A stretch of 62,240 nt of DNA, the filler included, from Choristocarpus tenellus KU-1152 (Eukaryota > Protista > Phaeophyceae), in NCBI GenBank assembly GCA_964200185.2. It is 12 parts of 12 records of this genome, joined end to end, with 100 filler letters (N's around TTAATTAATTAA, not from the genome) between each part and the next. Parts side by side here need not be neighbours in the genome. Positions count along the whole stretch, not along the records: positions 16,004 to 31,401 come from CAXNAD020001005.1; positions 31,502 to 35,579 come from CAXNAD020016338.1; positions 35,680 to 39,267 come from CAXNAD020019087.1; 9 more parts are not named here. One strand, given 5' to 3'. The notes under the pieces are model-generated. The model did no database searches. It saw only the letters and a list, made by a program, of their open reading frames with translations, and was not told the origin of the DNA. Position numbers and translations under genes: made by a program. This document shows, piece by piece, positions 26,401-39,240 of the stretch. The stretch's first letter is position 1, and every line of letters starts with the position of its first letter.

Positions 26401-29400
26401 TAATACTAATACCTTCCTTATTATCTCAACATTTGCAAACATATACATACTAACCACCCATGTTGAAGTTGAACATGTTATTATGGCACCCACATTACCT
26501 GTTCGCGTTCCAAAATGAACCTCTTCTAAGGTTTGGCAAGCTTTAATGAATCCCGAATGACTATCGCTGAATTTCAATGATGTTGGTGATGACAGAAGGC
26601 CAAAGCGACAGCGTAATAGGTAAGGGTTAGGGTTCAGAGGAGATAGCAACAAGGTGCATGCCTCGAGAGAATAGAATAAACAGAAGTAAAAACTGAAAGG
26701 AAAAACGAAATAAATTATGACCAATAAAGATACAAACAAAATAAATTATGACCAATAAAGACACAAACAAAATAAATTATGACCAATAAAGACACAAACA
26801 AAATAAATTATGACCAATAAAGACACAAACAAAATAAATTATGACCAATAAAGACACAAACAAAATAAATTATGACCAATAAAGATACAAACAGGTGATA
26901 GGATTGGACTTCTCGAATATGTTCATTGAGGCTGCCAAGAAGATGCAACACAATGGCAGGTGAGGTAGGGTGGTGTCATGGCTGGGTGTATATACTGTAT
27001 CTTTATGTGTGTATTTGTAGTAGATGAGTATTTAGGGTTAGTTGAAGTGGCTGGGGTATAGTGTTCTGTTTTGGTGTTGAAGGTTTGCCTTTGAAGATGT
27101 TGTGGAACACAAGTTTGAAATGTAGTTAGGTGTTCGTCACATAAATGAAAACATGCCTATTAGTAGTAGGTCGTAATGACATGATCGTGTTATTATCACT
27201 GTACTACCCTAATGTGCTCTAGTTAACAGTATTTCCAAGGGTGTGATTATGTAGCGTGCTCTTTGGTTGTGTCTATCATTGATAGGTAGGGTTGGGGGTA
27301 CATGACCTGTACACTCTATTCTGAAAATAGTAATAATAGTGATGATGATCCCTCTCAGATCTCACTATACTATACTACAGCGCTCTCTTTGTTATGTCTA
27401 ACCCTAACCCTAAATTACAATCGCTTTTGTTCGGGTGAATAGTTTGATATTCATTTTGGATCAGAGCTGTGATACTATCATGGTACTATTGATATAATTA
27501 TTACTGGTGGTGCTATTACATTGTGTTGTGTGTGTACTATATTAGTATTAGTATTAATAGTACCATACTATGTACTACTGATAGATACAAGGGTTAGGTA
27601 CTTCTAAGTAGAACGATATTTCTCAATTGAGTTAGATACTTGTGTCATCACATACACATCCTATACACTCTACACAAATGTTTGAGATTCACTATAGATT
27701 CAACGTTGCTCTCCATGTGATCTTTCTAGAACCTACCAACTCCTGCTGTGTGAGGATTTGAACATTGAGGTTGATATTGATGTGTTGATTGAGTACAATA
27801 GGCCCGTTGTGTTGTACCACTCAAGGCTGTGCACCATTGTTGATTAACTGCAAGGTGTAAGTTATCATTGATTTATGAATACTCTTCAAGGTTATTTAAT
27901 CATATTTTTGTTGATGTTATTGCTATTGCTTGGAACTGCTATTAATAACTGCTTCGCTTATGATGTATATTTTTGTTGATTGATTGAGGAATAGTATTGT
28001 ACACTCATATTCTATCTCTTGATCACTGATTAAGAGTTAATCTTGATTATCGACTCTACTACATACACCAGTGATTTTGTGCATTTGATCACCATAATTT
28101 AATCAAACAAACAATCGATTACTGATTATCAACAACTGGTTGTTGACTTGTGATTGAAGCAGTATGTGTTACGATTCATTAGAAGAAGGTCAAGTGTACA
28201 TTTCAAGAGTGGCACAACTTACACCAGGAGCATCAGCTTCACGTGCCCACTTTGATGTTGGTGATGCTTGCTCATTGGACCATACCAAATTGGGGACATT
28301 TGACGCAGTCCTAGCCAGCAACCTCCTATGCCGGTATTGTACTTGGGGTTAGGGTTAGCATTGTTTATTTTTGTTTGCAAGTATCAGACTTTTTATTGTA
28401 AAGTACATTGGTAGACAGTAGGTGTTGAGATACCACAACTGATACAACATGTACAGGGCATATTTGAACTTGTTTTGTGGAACACATTTGAGGGTATGTA
28501 GCAATGTAGCCATAGATGATGTGGTGTAGGCTCAAGAGCAAACCTCATAGTGGGTGGTACGCATGCATACTCATACACACACTCTCATGTCACCCCCAGT
28601 GCAGATGAATCTTAGTGATAGTATTAGTAAACTGTTGATATTTGTGTTGCAATCAATTTATTGCGTGGTTTAGGGTTGGGGTTGGGGTTAGCCAATACAA
28701 GCAATAGGTTTACATAGATGGGTATTGACTCTATACATGTCATGTTAATGTGTTTACAGATACGTCAGCAAATGTCAAGTGTGTGTAGCGTGCCATTCTA
28801 TTTTTTTTTAATCACAAAAAAAAATGGAAGTGTTTGATTTGTGGCATCAAATAACTGTGCAAATTACATGCATTGATGAAAAGCATCTTGACTGTAATGT
28901 TCTGTGTCCAATCAGTTGATCATATCACGTGTGGGTTGAATTAGTTGAGTGAGTTGAATAGATCACATCCCCCTCATCTCAGTCCACCCCTCCTTTGCCT
29001 CCTATACTGTTTCTTTTCTTTTTTATACTATTTTTTTTTCAGTCTTCCCCGGCCAAGGAAATTTCTTGAAAGTCTGAGTGCATTGGTCAAGCCAGGAGGA
29101 GTAGCTGTCATTGTATCACCTTATTCCTGGCTTACAGAGTACACTCCAAGGGAGGTGAGTCCTCTCATTAATATCACTAAAGAGTATCCTCTTCCTTCGC
29201 CTTCAATGTGAAGATCATCATTACATTCCCATTGCATGTGTGTCCACTGATGTACTATATTTTGTCTTCAATGTGATGAGTATCCTCAGGTTGATGGGAC
29301 TTCATTAGAACGTAGTTGGGGGGGGGGGGGGGGGGGAAAATGGGGGGGTTGTTTGGTGGGTGTTTTTTTTTTTTTTTTTTNNNNNNNNNNCGTTCTGTTT

Positions 29401-29431
29401 CGGTGTTGGGTTGTGGTGGGGTGGGTTTGGT

Positions 29432-29466
<35 letters not shown>

Positions 29467-30439
29467 CTGTGGGTCTGTCTTTGATGGGTTCTTCATTTTT
29501 TCTTTTAATGTTGAACAACACGATACAATCAATCCGGGTGATTGCATCGACAAAAAATATTAAATAAAAATAGATCGGGTATGAGGAACATGATATGAGC
29601 AGCAACAACTACGCTAGTAGGATTAGTAGGATTATTGTATTAGTGGTATTTTCATTGTGTGTGGTTAGTTGGTAGTCTGGAATACTGATTTTGCCACTTG
29701 CATGAAGTAGGTCTGTCTCATTCACCTACCATAGTAATAGCAATACCCTCCACCATACTGTCCCTTCTCAAACTTGGTACCACTCAATATATATGGATAC
29801 TAATAACCTTGCGTTATGTTGAGTTTTTACTCAAGAAGCATCATGAAGTGCTGTAAGAGATTGGGCAGTTGACTGCATATCCTTGGCATTAATATTTCAG
29901 GGCCATTGGAATTGGGGTTAGGGTAAGGACTATAGGTACTAGAAAGGATGTGTTTCTGATACTCCCACTGTTTCTATTGTCTCCTCCTGGTGTGATAGTA
30001 CTGCAATCCTTTGAATTTGTTATTTTATTCTATATGCTAATATGTAATTATTATTGGTTGAAGGTTGAATGGTGTGATCAAGAAACTTAAGGTACTACAT
30101 ACTAGAACTGCATAATACTTGATACAGAGACTGATACTTGGTAGCAGTAGTAGTAATATTGTTAGTGCAGTAATCACCTGTTGGTTCTTGGGCTAGTTCA
30201 AGTAGGGTAGGTATGCTACAGTCTCTTCTTTTCTGACTTGTGTAAATTGTGTAAACTCCTGTACCACTTCAATCATTCTAGACCCATAGCGTTTTTTAAA
30301 TACACATATTATGTGTGTATTGTGTTGATGTGTATACCAGGAATGGCTAGGAGGGTACCTTGATAGCACACAAGAAGAGAATGGTGGTGATTGTGTGGAC
30401 AAGCCTGAAGCAGGGCGAGCAGTGGACAGCTTTGAGCAG
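23403..30439 (+). CDS. Stand-alone SAM methyltransferase similar to the OvoA C-terminal (mercaptohistidine N-methyltransferase) domain; exons 23403-23488, 23988-24116, 24475-24670, 26895-26959, 28163-28333, 29043-29154, 30341-30439; last exon missing
   Basis: Spliced translation: MMLRELGRVALSFPSRLSSRGKLSACGAS...[17 protein letters not shown]...EALDFPCQCA...[36 protein letters not shown]...FDVGDACSL...FDAVLASNLLCRLPRPRKFL...[29 protein letters not shown]. All six junctions are phase-compatible GT-AG. Confidence 0.9.
26708..26893. repeat. 31-bp minisatellite (AAATAAATTATGACCAATAAAGAYACAAACA, 6 copies)
   Basis: Direct inspection; ends at the AG acceptor 26893-26894. Confidence 0.95.
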
Positions 30440-31563
30440 GCAAGTTGGAATAGATGGGATGGGACACACTACGTCATTGAACAGTCACAGGCTCCTACTT
30501 TATTTATGTTTCCGTTGTTATCAGGAGAAGTGTAGTACCTCTACATTACAGTAGTATTATTTTGATTGGAGTGCATTTTGCAGTGTATGAAGATGAAGTG
30601 AGGGTGGAGCAGTCCAATAGTAGAGGACTATTAATGATCAAACAACATAGAGCACAACTGGGTCCATTGACCACACATTGAACCCTTGGCCTACAGGAGA
30701 CTATATACCTGGTATCCGGATAACCTATACTACTGTGCCTTGTGCCTCTGTTTTCTTAGGTGGCTGAAATTGTCAATTTTCTTGATTAGTGAATGGATTG
30801 TCTAAAAGGGGGTACTGTTTTGTGTGAATGCTGTTGAGACTCACTAGAACAGTTGGTTTAGTGTATCCTCCTCAATTGCTAGATTGCTAACTGCATTGCT
30901 GTGAGGTATTCATGGTGAATCTATTGGAGGTGTTGCACATTGACGATGTGACTATGAGACAATGTGTTACATCATCAGTATGAATCCTACTGAGTCAAAC
31001 CAGGACATACATTTGGTGCATAAAGGGAATCAGCCATTCACCTTGTAGGTACAATACAACACTGGGCACTATCAACAGGAGAACAATCATACGGGTCAGA
31101 GTCACCCTAACCCTTACCCTGAATAAGCACCTTTCCTAGAGTGGTACATGCGACTACAAACTTGTTCAAAACTTCCTCCTTACTTGTTCTGATGGACAAA
31201 TCTTCTCCTTGATGCAATTTATGCCAATAGTGAAAATTCTACAAGCTGTGGAACATTGACTACCACCATCCAGTTTCCCCTTCTTCCCTTCCCACCCTAA
31301 CCCTAACCCTCCATGGCTATGTATAACCCTTCCCCCCCCCCCCCCCCCCTAAAGGGGGGGGCATAATGGGGGGGGGGGGGGTTTTTTTTGAAGGGGCGAA
31401 ANNNNNNNNNNNNNNNNNNNNNNNNNNNNNNNNNNNNNNNNNNNNTTAATTAATTAANNNNNNNNNNNNNNNNNNNNNNNNNNNNNNNNNNNNNNNNNNN
31501 NCAGAGGGGTAAACCAGGTTAATAATGGAGGCATGAAACCTTCCATCTGCATTGATGTGCCAG

Positions 31564-34500
31564 GATGGTGCACGGTGAAGCAGGGAGGAAGCGAGGCTGC
31601 CGCCAAGGGAGAGGTAAGACTTTATATTGCTTGTCTGAGCCTTGGTGAGGGCAACCACCTGTCAGGTTTTACGTTTTGATCCCTTGTCAAACCATGGATC
31701 GGGTTACTATAATTACTAAGTAGAGGTTATTGGGGAAGGAAACAAGTATGGATTTTTGCAAGATACCTTACCTTCTGATTTAGGTTCACATTGTTGTTGG
31801 GTTGAAGAGGAGAACCTTCCTTTCGGATCTCCTTGCCAACTCGTCATATCATTCCCCATCCCAAGTTCCCTGTGGCAATGTGTCTCATTTGTGATTGAAA
31901 GAAGCTTGACATAATAACGTCGCTCTTCTGTACCGTGTAGCAGATCTCGACCCTCAGTATCAGATGTCTATCTCTCTCGCCCCCCCTGAACGATACAGAA
32001 GTCGTTTGACCTACCCCTCCCGAAATGCACGCACCATCTTTGCCCTTGTCATCATCGCCCTTCCCCCTCGTCCACGCCTTTCTACCCCCCCAATCCCCTC
32101 CATAACACGTTTGATCCTCCTCGCCACCGCAGGGCTCCTACTCTCCCTTTTCATTGGACAACGCAAAGGTTCTCAAGGAGTACGACGATCTCGTGGCCAA
32201 GGGAGAAAGAAGAGATCGTGCAAGGGTTAGCAACGCCTCCGACGTGTTTTCTTCTGCCGATCAGGGTGATGACGGTGCAAGTGACGATGATGACGAGTCG
32301 ATTGCACAGCTCTTCTCAGTTGGAGATAAGAGGAGTAGGCGGAGCTCGTATGGCAACCTTGGCCCCTCATCAGTCACCACCGAGTGTAATGCTGAAAGTC
32401 CTAAAGGTTCCAAAAAGTGGTCCATGGGAGACTCAGGGAAGGTAAGAGCCTATAGTATCATTTAGAAAATTGTGCTCTCAGCAGCTTTTCAGCTACAATT
32501 GATCTCGTTATACTTGGAGTGTTTTGATCAGGGAAGGTGCTTTGCTGGACCTACAGTAATTGTGGGCGAAATTGCTCACCCCTTCTCTTCATCGTTGTAA
32601 TCTTAGAAGTTGACTTGGGGGCTTTACTTGAGGCAAGCTTATGATACTCTTTAATTCATACGTCAGCCTTGGTTGTCCCACTGAAGGGTTCGATGTTTCC
32701 CCTTGAAATCTAGTGGAATCTGGACAATATGTATAGGACAGGGGCACATATCTAAGGCCTGTTCTCAATGGCAGGCCATTTGGTTCAATTTTGGACCAAA
32801 ACAGTCTAAAGTGATCTTCCATTAAGGACAACCCCAAGGTTGCATCTAATAGTGAACTAGATTCATTGATGAACTGATCAATAAGTAGATGGACATTTAC
32901 ATTCCAATCTAAAGTACATAATGCCAAAATGTTTCAAACTTATCTGCTATTAATGATGGCCCCAAACATGGAGTTTATAGTGACCTGATGTCATTAATAG
33001 ATTGACCGATATGTAGGCAATCATCAAAATTTGTATCAAATCTCATTGGCAATATGCCTGTGCTGAACCAGACATTGATTCCACTCAGTAGTTTCCCTCG
33101 ATCATCCGTATCTCCAGTTCCCACCGCAAACATATTGCATGATGAAACAAGTATTTTACAACCCCGAGAACCAACAAACTCAATCATCAGCTCTAAAATC
33201 GTGGACATTTCGCCACCATCAATGGGGCTCAACTCGCACGACATATCTGAAAGGGGTCGCCCTCAAAACGCTTCCGGGTGGCGGACAAAGGAGGCGGGGG
33301 GATGATGGCTCCGGCGGCGCTTGAGCTTGAGGCAGTGGCATACAGGGATTGGGGGTGTGTTCGTTGTACGTTTATCAACGCCTTCGATGTGCAGACATGC
33401 GGCAGCTGCGGTGGAGCCAATGTCCGGCGGGAGAGACTGGTCCGTCGGAGGAAAGAGGAGATGGAGCACCTGGGAAAGCTGTTGAGCGCCCGCGAACAAA
33501 GTGCAAGGTGATGGGGGGGATTGTAAGATGACTGCAAGATAGAGTAGACGCACTGGTGGTGCCACCCACTACAAGGTGGTTTTTGGGTGTGGGAAAGGGT
33601 ATATAGGAAGTTCTCTATCGTCGAGAAGATTGATTCTAACAAGCTGATCACCTCTCTGGAGAACAAAGTGAACGTGACCACTTCGACTGGGGAGGGGAAA
33701 GCGGACGCGAAGACAGATAGAGTAGACTGGTTTGGTTGGTGCTGGATGGGCGTACTCTCAGTAGACCTGGGTGAGATTGGTTGTCTGTGTATGTGTGGGA
33801 GGTGTGTTGTGCATGGGGTTCATAGAATCACCATGGTCTAGAATAGAAGTGGAGACCAGAGGCTGCTGGAGTGAAGATTGATACTTCTCCACCCTGTAGC
33901 TGCAGCTGTAGTTGTTTGGGGGGGCGGGTTCTGCATTGTGTGGCTTGGGAACTTAAAATCTTGGGAGAGGTGTTGTGAAGACCTCATGTGGAGGGGACAT
34001 GTGTTGAGAGGTGGGGACATGCAGTCTATGCATTATACTCTTTCCACAATAGTGTGGCAGTGCTCGTACTTTGATGTGCAGCTTTCAAGTCAACCCTTAC
34101 TGTTTTATTGAACAGAATGGACAAGATTGTCTTTGTAGCGTCACTGCCAACAGTTATTTATTATTATTGATGGCGTGTCTTCGATGATGTTTTGTGTCCT
34201 GAGCTGATTCGTGTTGTGCATACCTCCCTCCCCTGCCCCACCTATCCAGGTCTCTCAAGGAAGAGTCCTTGAGAGATCTGCTGGAAGACGACGGTGACCA
34301 ATCAGAGGGGGATGCATCAAACCCTCCTCCCACAGTGGGCAAGGAAACGGTTGAAACCACACACAGAACCACAGATGTCACTGTCAACAAACGGCAAGCG
34401 ATATTCAGGGGAGGAGGGGAGGGCGTAAACGCCTCATCAGGTGATGCAGCGATACCTACGACTGTGGCAACAAGGAGTGATGCCTGTGACCCCCTAGGAG

Positions 34501-35579
34501 ATTCTGTTCCCGCAGCAGGAGGGATTGCAAGAGGGACTGACGTATCAGCTAATGTGGAAAAGGCAGAAGGCATCTCCCCAAGCGTAATTGGATGTAAAAA
34601 ACCATTGGATATAGGGTCTGGTGCTGATTCCAGTGTTCATACCAGTGATAGTGTCTGTGTCAGTGCTGACAGAAGAGCTGTAGGTGCTGGCCTCCACGGT
34701 CAAAGTAGACACTGCTCTATAACCAAACTTCCTCCGGACCTTTTCCTCCAGTGTGTTTATTTTGTGGGCACTCCTCAACCCCTCTGTCGATTGAGAGAGG
34801 TGTCCTGGGCATGGTTGGTAATGCTGGACGACCAGGAGGCCAGTGAATGCCTTTGGCGCCCAGTATTTGAACAGTTGACTGCCAGTGGGGCAATACACGG
34901 GGATGCTGCACTGGGCCGACAACAGAGGCTAAAGGTGTATGACCTTCCCATCTCTGCTTCGCCTTCTGCCACGGGAACGCCCACCAGCGGGAGAGTAGGA
35001 GAGGGGTCCACAGGACATCTCAGTGGCAGAGGCAATGAAGGCAGAGGAAGCAGCAGTAGCACTGCTGGTATCAACTTAGCGAGACATAACCTGCTAGGGA
35101 TTATAACTCCTTCTCAAAATGGGAGGGGCAGCGGTGGCAGCATTGTCAACAGCGGAAGGACGCCTTCTTCACTACCTCAAACTCCAGGTTCCAAAAGTCA
35201 CGAGCGAGGCAGCTCGCTTCGGTATCCTGGATCAGCTGGATCGGGTTCAGATATAGGCCCCAGATTGCAAACTCCTCAGCATTGCAAGTCGTCAGCTTGC
35301 CTTGTGTGTGGGCTCCTCCAGAGGGAGGGTTACCTTGGGACAGACTGTGAAATGTGCGCTTCATCTCTCCTTGAAGTGGACCGGTCCATGTCTGTTCCCA
35401 GTGGTGGTGGTACTGCAGTTGCTACACCCCGCCTGGCATACACCAGAGTCAACCTGTCCGGTTCCTCACCCTCGACATCCAAGGATGACTCAAGCAGCGG
35501 GACCAATGGCGGTGGGGGGGGTGAGGGGGGAGCCGGGAACTTGGCCCTGGGGATGGGGGGGTTGAGGTCAGTGCCACCC
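31564..35579 (+). CDS. Protein with RanBP2-type zinc finger, F-box-like domain and a second Cys4 ribbon (exons 31564-31613, 32133-32441, 33254-33507, 34250->35579; both ends missing)
   Basis: DWGCVRCTFINAFDVQTCGSC fits W-x-C-x2-C-x3-N-x6-C-x2-C. ITKLPPDLFLQCVYFV...LCRLREVSWAW...LWR is F-box-like. CLVC-x11-CEMC follows. Junctions are phase-compatible GT-AG. Confidence 0.75.
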
Positions 35580-35679
35580 NNNNNNNNNNNNNNNNNNNNN
35601 NNNNNNNNNNNNNNNNNNNNNNNTTAATTAATTAANNNNNNNNNNNNNNNNNNNNNNNNNNNNNNNNNNNNNNNNNNNN

Positions 35680-36148
35680 GCCTCGGCAAGCAAGCAGAAT
35701 GCTTCCTGGGTGAGCTGGCTACTCATATGGTAGGGGGGAGAGGAACTGAAGGATATTGTAGGAAAGGAGTAGTTTAATCCCGGCTATGCCAAATTTTTTC
35801 AGTGACTACGCAAGTGGCATTGTCTCGACGTGTCATGCGCTTTAAACTAGAGTCACCAGGGAGATGGGCACGGAGGGGTTTGTTGGATTCTTGGGATGCC
35901 TCCCTAGCTGCCCCCCCCGGGGCGCAGGAGTAGGTAGATAGGAAGCACAGGAAGACAGTACTACAATATTGATAATAGTGAAGTAACTGATAGATTTGTG
36001 CTGGTTTTCACACTTACAGTGTTTTATAGTGTTTTGATTTCTTTAGGGCTTATGCCAACATATGTATAGTTTTCATTGGTTTTCCCCCTGGACTATCTGC
36101 AAAATGTCAGAGGGCATGATAATAAAATAGCAATAACAATAACAATAA
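35680..36148 (+). mobile_element. 3' fragment of CRE-like (RLE) non-LTR retrotransposon with (AAT)n-type tail
   Basis: Translates LGKQAECFLGELATHMVGG...KGVV*SRLCQIFSVTTQVALSRRV, resembling an RLE C-terminus. Ends in GCAAAATGTCAGAGGGCA plus an AAT-rich tail; homologs at 45417 and 60479. Confidence 0.75.
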
Positions 36149-36559
36149 TGTGAATCGTGTGATTCTGTGGTGGCGTGGTTCACTCAGGTAAGGGTGGTGA
36201 AGAGAATCACCGGGCGAGATGGACCAGACAAACAAAGACGAACCGTAAACCGGGGGTACGAGGTTAAGGTTGGACAAATGCAAATTGAGGAGTGATGAGC
36301 ATAATCAAAGATGGGGCTTCATCACCATCAGTCAAAACGCGAGAGCAAAGTGGATCTTCCATGTGTGACAACTCTGAATGACGAGCTATCCCAAGTCTAT
36401 GGCATTGGTCACATGAAGAGATTCCATGGTTTCATTCTCACGGAAAGTCTGTCAGTGAAATCATGGACGTTTGACGGGGAACCTCAATCGGTACAACGGT
36501 ATAACGGTATATGGAATACGGCAATAACGGTATAACAACAGACAAACATGCTTTCCACA
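36149..36559 (-). mobile_element. 3' LTR of Gypsy element (family 1, 411 bp) with adjoining polypurine tract at 36560-36572
   Basis: Minus strand reads AGAAGGGGGGTGA|TGTGGAAAG...GATTCACA; homologous to 48368-48449 and 59951-60389. Confidence 0.85.
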
Positions 36560-38039
36560 TCACCCCCCTTCTGATCGACCTTGAAGTCATGTAAACATGA
36601 TTCAAGGTCAACCAAAAAGTGAGCTCTGAGAACGAAATGGGAAACATGTGTGACTGTTAGTATACTGTTGCACCATTGTATTACACGACTCCATTAATAC
36701 AAAATGAAGTGTAAAATATAAACGAGGCACACGATTCATATCTGATCAGGATAACATTGGCCTAAAGGTTGATGGTGTGTGGTCAGCACACAAATCAAGC
36801 TTACGAGGTCTGAGAGCATGGGATCAGCATATCAATCAGCCTAAAGACGAGGCGAGAGGTATATGTGGCCAGCATATAGGGTCTCTAGTATCTTGTGTAA
36901 AACAGAGGATAGACTCAGAATGGGGATATGAGGAGCAAACACTATATACGATGTCAACAAAACGATTTGACTAGTGTTTTTCATTCGACGTTGCTATACA
37001 GGTGTTATACGATCATTTGATCACCACTCCGATGCGTGAAAACATTACGTGTTATATGATCAAATCAACAAAGCAAACGACGAGATTAAATGTGTGCAAC
37101 CATTCTCCTTCCTCAATTCTGACATCGATTGGAATATTGTTAATGAATATTCCAAGTGGACAACTCGGACGTATGATGTTGGTGGCTTAACTCTCCTAAA
37201 ACGATACAAGGTGACTTTACGGTCATTACATCATGTCAGGGGAATCATGTTATACGAAAAAAATATATAAAATAAATAAATAACATGTATGGCTCACCTG
37301 AAGTCTCCATCTCTTACCTGGTGGTAGACTTGAAGCTTCCAATTTATTAATTTTTTGTTTTTTTTGTTTTTTTTTGTTTTAGGATGGGATTAGTAATTTC
37401 ATGATGATCAATAAATCCATTTCATGAAAACGTGACATGATGTAATGAACAGCCACCTTCAGCATACAAGTGCTAATATATAATGTGCCCGGTGATAACG
37501 GTCTCTTCACCACCATATGTGTCCACTCATGCAAACGAGGAGAGTTGAGAGATAAAATTAATAATTGTATATCAATTTATCTAAATCCACCAACACTTAT
37601 GTATAGTCTATTTGCAAGGATTGATAAACCTGGCAAACACGAGATGCCAAGTCAGAGCTGGACGTGAACAGGTTAACTGGCATCTGTTACCAATTATCTC
37701 ATCACTTCACAAAACGATAGACTATACCCATCTATGACAAAATGACACACACACGATTTGTCTAAACTAGTTGGACAACCTATGTGGGTACCACGAGATC
37801 TGGCCAAGGGACACTAATCTAAAAAATAAGTACATAAACACACAATTAAACAAACAAACAAAAATTGGTCATGATCTAAACCACACATACACACGATAAT
37901 CTCTTTACTGAAACGATAGGTTACGACATGACGGCAATGCATGATATACAGACTATGTAAAGGAGTATGATAACAGTAAATACGCATTCTCAAGTCAACA
38001 ACACGAGGGACGAGAATTTTACTGGTTATACAATCCATT

Positions 38040-39240
38040 TACTGCACGATAGGCTGCAATCATTTCAGGGCATTGTGGGATCTGTTCTATTCTTTTGTCA
38101 AGATCACAAGACGGTCCATAGCCACAAAGACAAAGGCGATAGATAACATTAGTGGAGGAACGACGACCAGGATCTGGTCTTTGTCCAACAATGCTATCAA
38201 TAGTATATTGGCCAATAACAGGTTGAGAGATTTGATGGTCTTACATCCGGTAATGGTATTGGTTTTCCCAGAAACAAATAATTTAGTTAATTCAAATCTG
38301 ATGTGGGAGGTTGGACTTGAGGATAGTAACGTTTCATTCTACCCAGATGGACGGGAAATGGACGTGGGTTTCCAGGTAGTACTACCCTTTATACGATGGT
38401 GATGCCTTAGAATGTACTTCATACGGACCCCTCCAAGGGTGAAGTAATTTCGGATTCGGACCATCAGTAGTCTCATGTGGCCTATGGACTAGAACTTGAT
38501 CACCAGGTACGAAAACGGAGAACTCGAGACGTTGGTTGACATGCTCCGGATTTTAAACGTGTTCATGGAGGTTACGACGTGCCAACTCAAAAGCAAGCTG
38601 TAAATTATCTTTGATTTACTGAGTAAACTCTTCAATAGTGACATCTGAATCAGCATTAGACGAACCAAGGATGATGTCAACAGGTAAACGAGCTAGTCTT
38701 CCAAACAGAAGGAAAAACGGGGTTTCATGCTACTTTGCACTGAATGTTGTGTTGTGGGCTAACTGTACGAAAGGCGATAAAGATGCCCAGTTATCCTCAG
38801 CAACAGAGATATACATCGCTAGCAGAGTAAAAATATCTCAGAGGGTACGAGTTTTTCCCTGTTTGTCCTTTTGGGGCTTGACTTTCCGCAGGTTTTTAAT
38901 GACTTTATGCCTATTCCAAAATGTTTCAGAGTAGGTAAAATGTATACCTTACGAAAAGGTTTGTCCGAAACAAAGATATTAACTTCTCCTAACAAACATG
39001 ATAGCCAAAATTACATTAGAAATGCAACATTGGATTTTGGTCCACAAATGGACGCGGTTCTACCCTCTAAGATACTTTGACTCATCATAGAATGCAACAT
39101 AGCATGTACTCTTTCTAACACAGAACTTCCTTAGGGGTGATACGATGTGGTTTTGATATTCTTGCAACCAACGATAGACTGCAACTCTGCAACAATACTG
39201 TTTTCAAATTCGATACCTTGATCGGAGTGTAACAACTAAA
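38040..39240 (-). pseudogene. Decayed Gypsy integrase plus GPY motif plus chromodomain-like tail
   Basis: LHSDQGIEFEN...TTSYHP*GSSVLERVH, FVQLAHN...ETPFFLLFGR, PKLLHPWRGPYEV, YTIDSIVG...YRLCLCGYGPSCD...IPQCPEMIAAY; several stops and frameshifts; interrupted by a MITE. Confidence 0.85.
38825..39083 (+). mobile_element. MITE family A nested in the Gypsy integrase
   Basis: GAG...CTC TIRs, TSD AGCA/ATCA; removing it restores the reading HSMLAMY. Confidence 0.9.

Noticed and set aside
26708-26893. 31-bp repeats resembling a CRISPR array
   Set aside because: Units are directly tandem with no unique spacers; eukaryotic intron; no cas genes.
29315-29465. Long G and T homopolymers (also at several contig ends) as G-quadruplex elements
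   Set aside because: They flank assembly gaps and are probably low-quality sequence.
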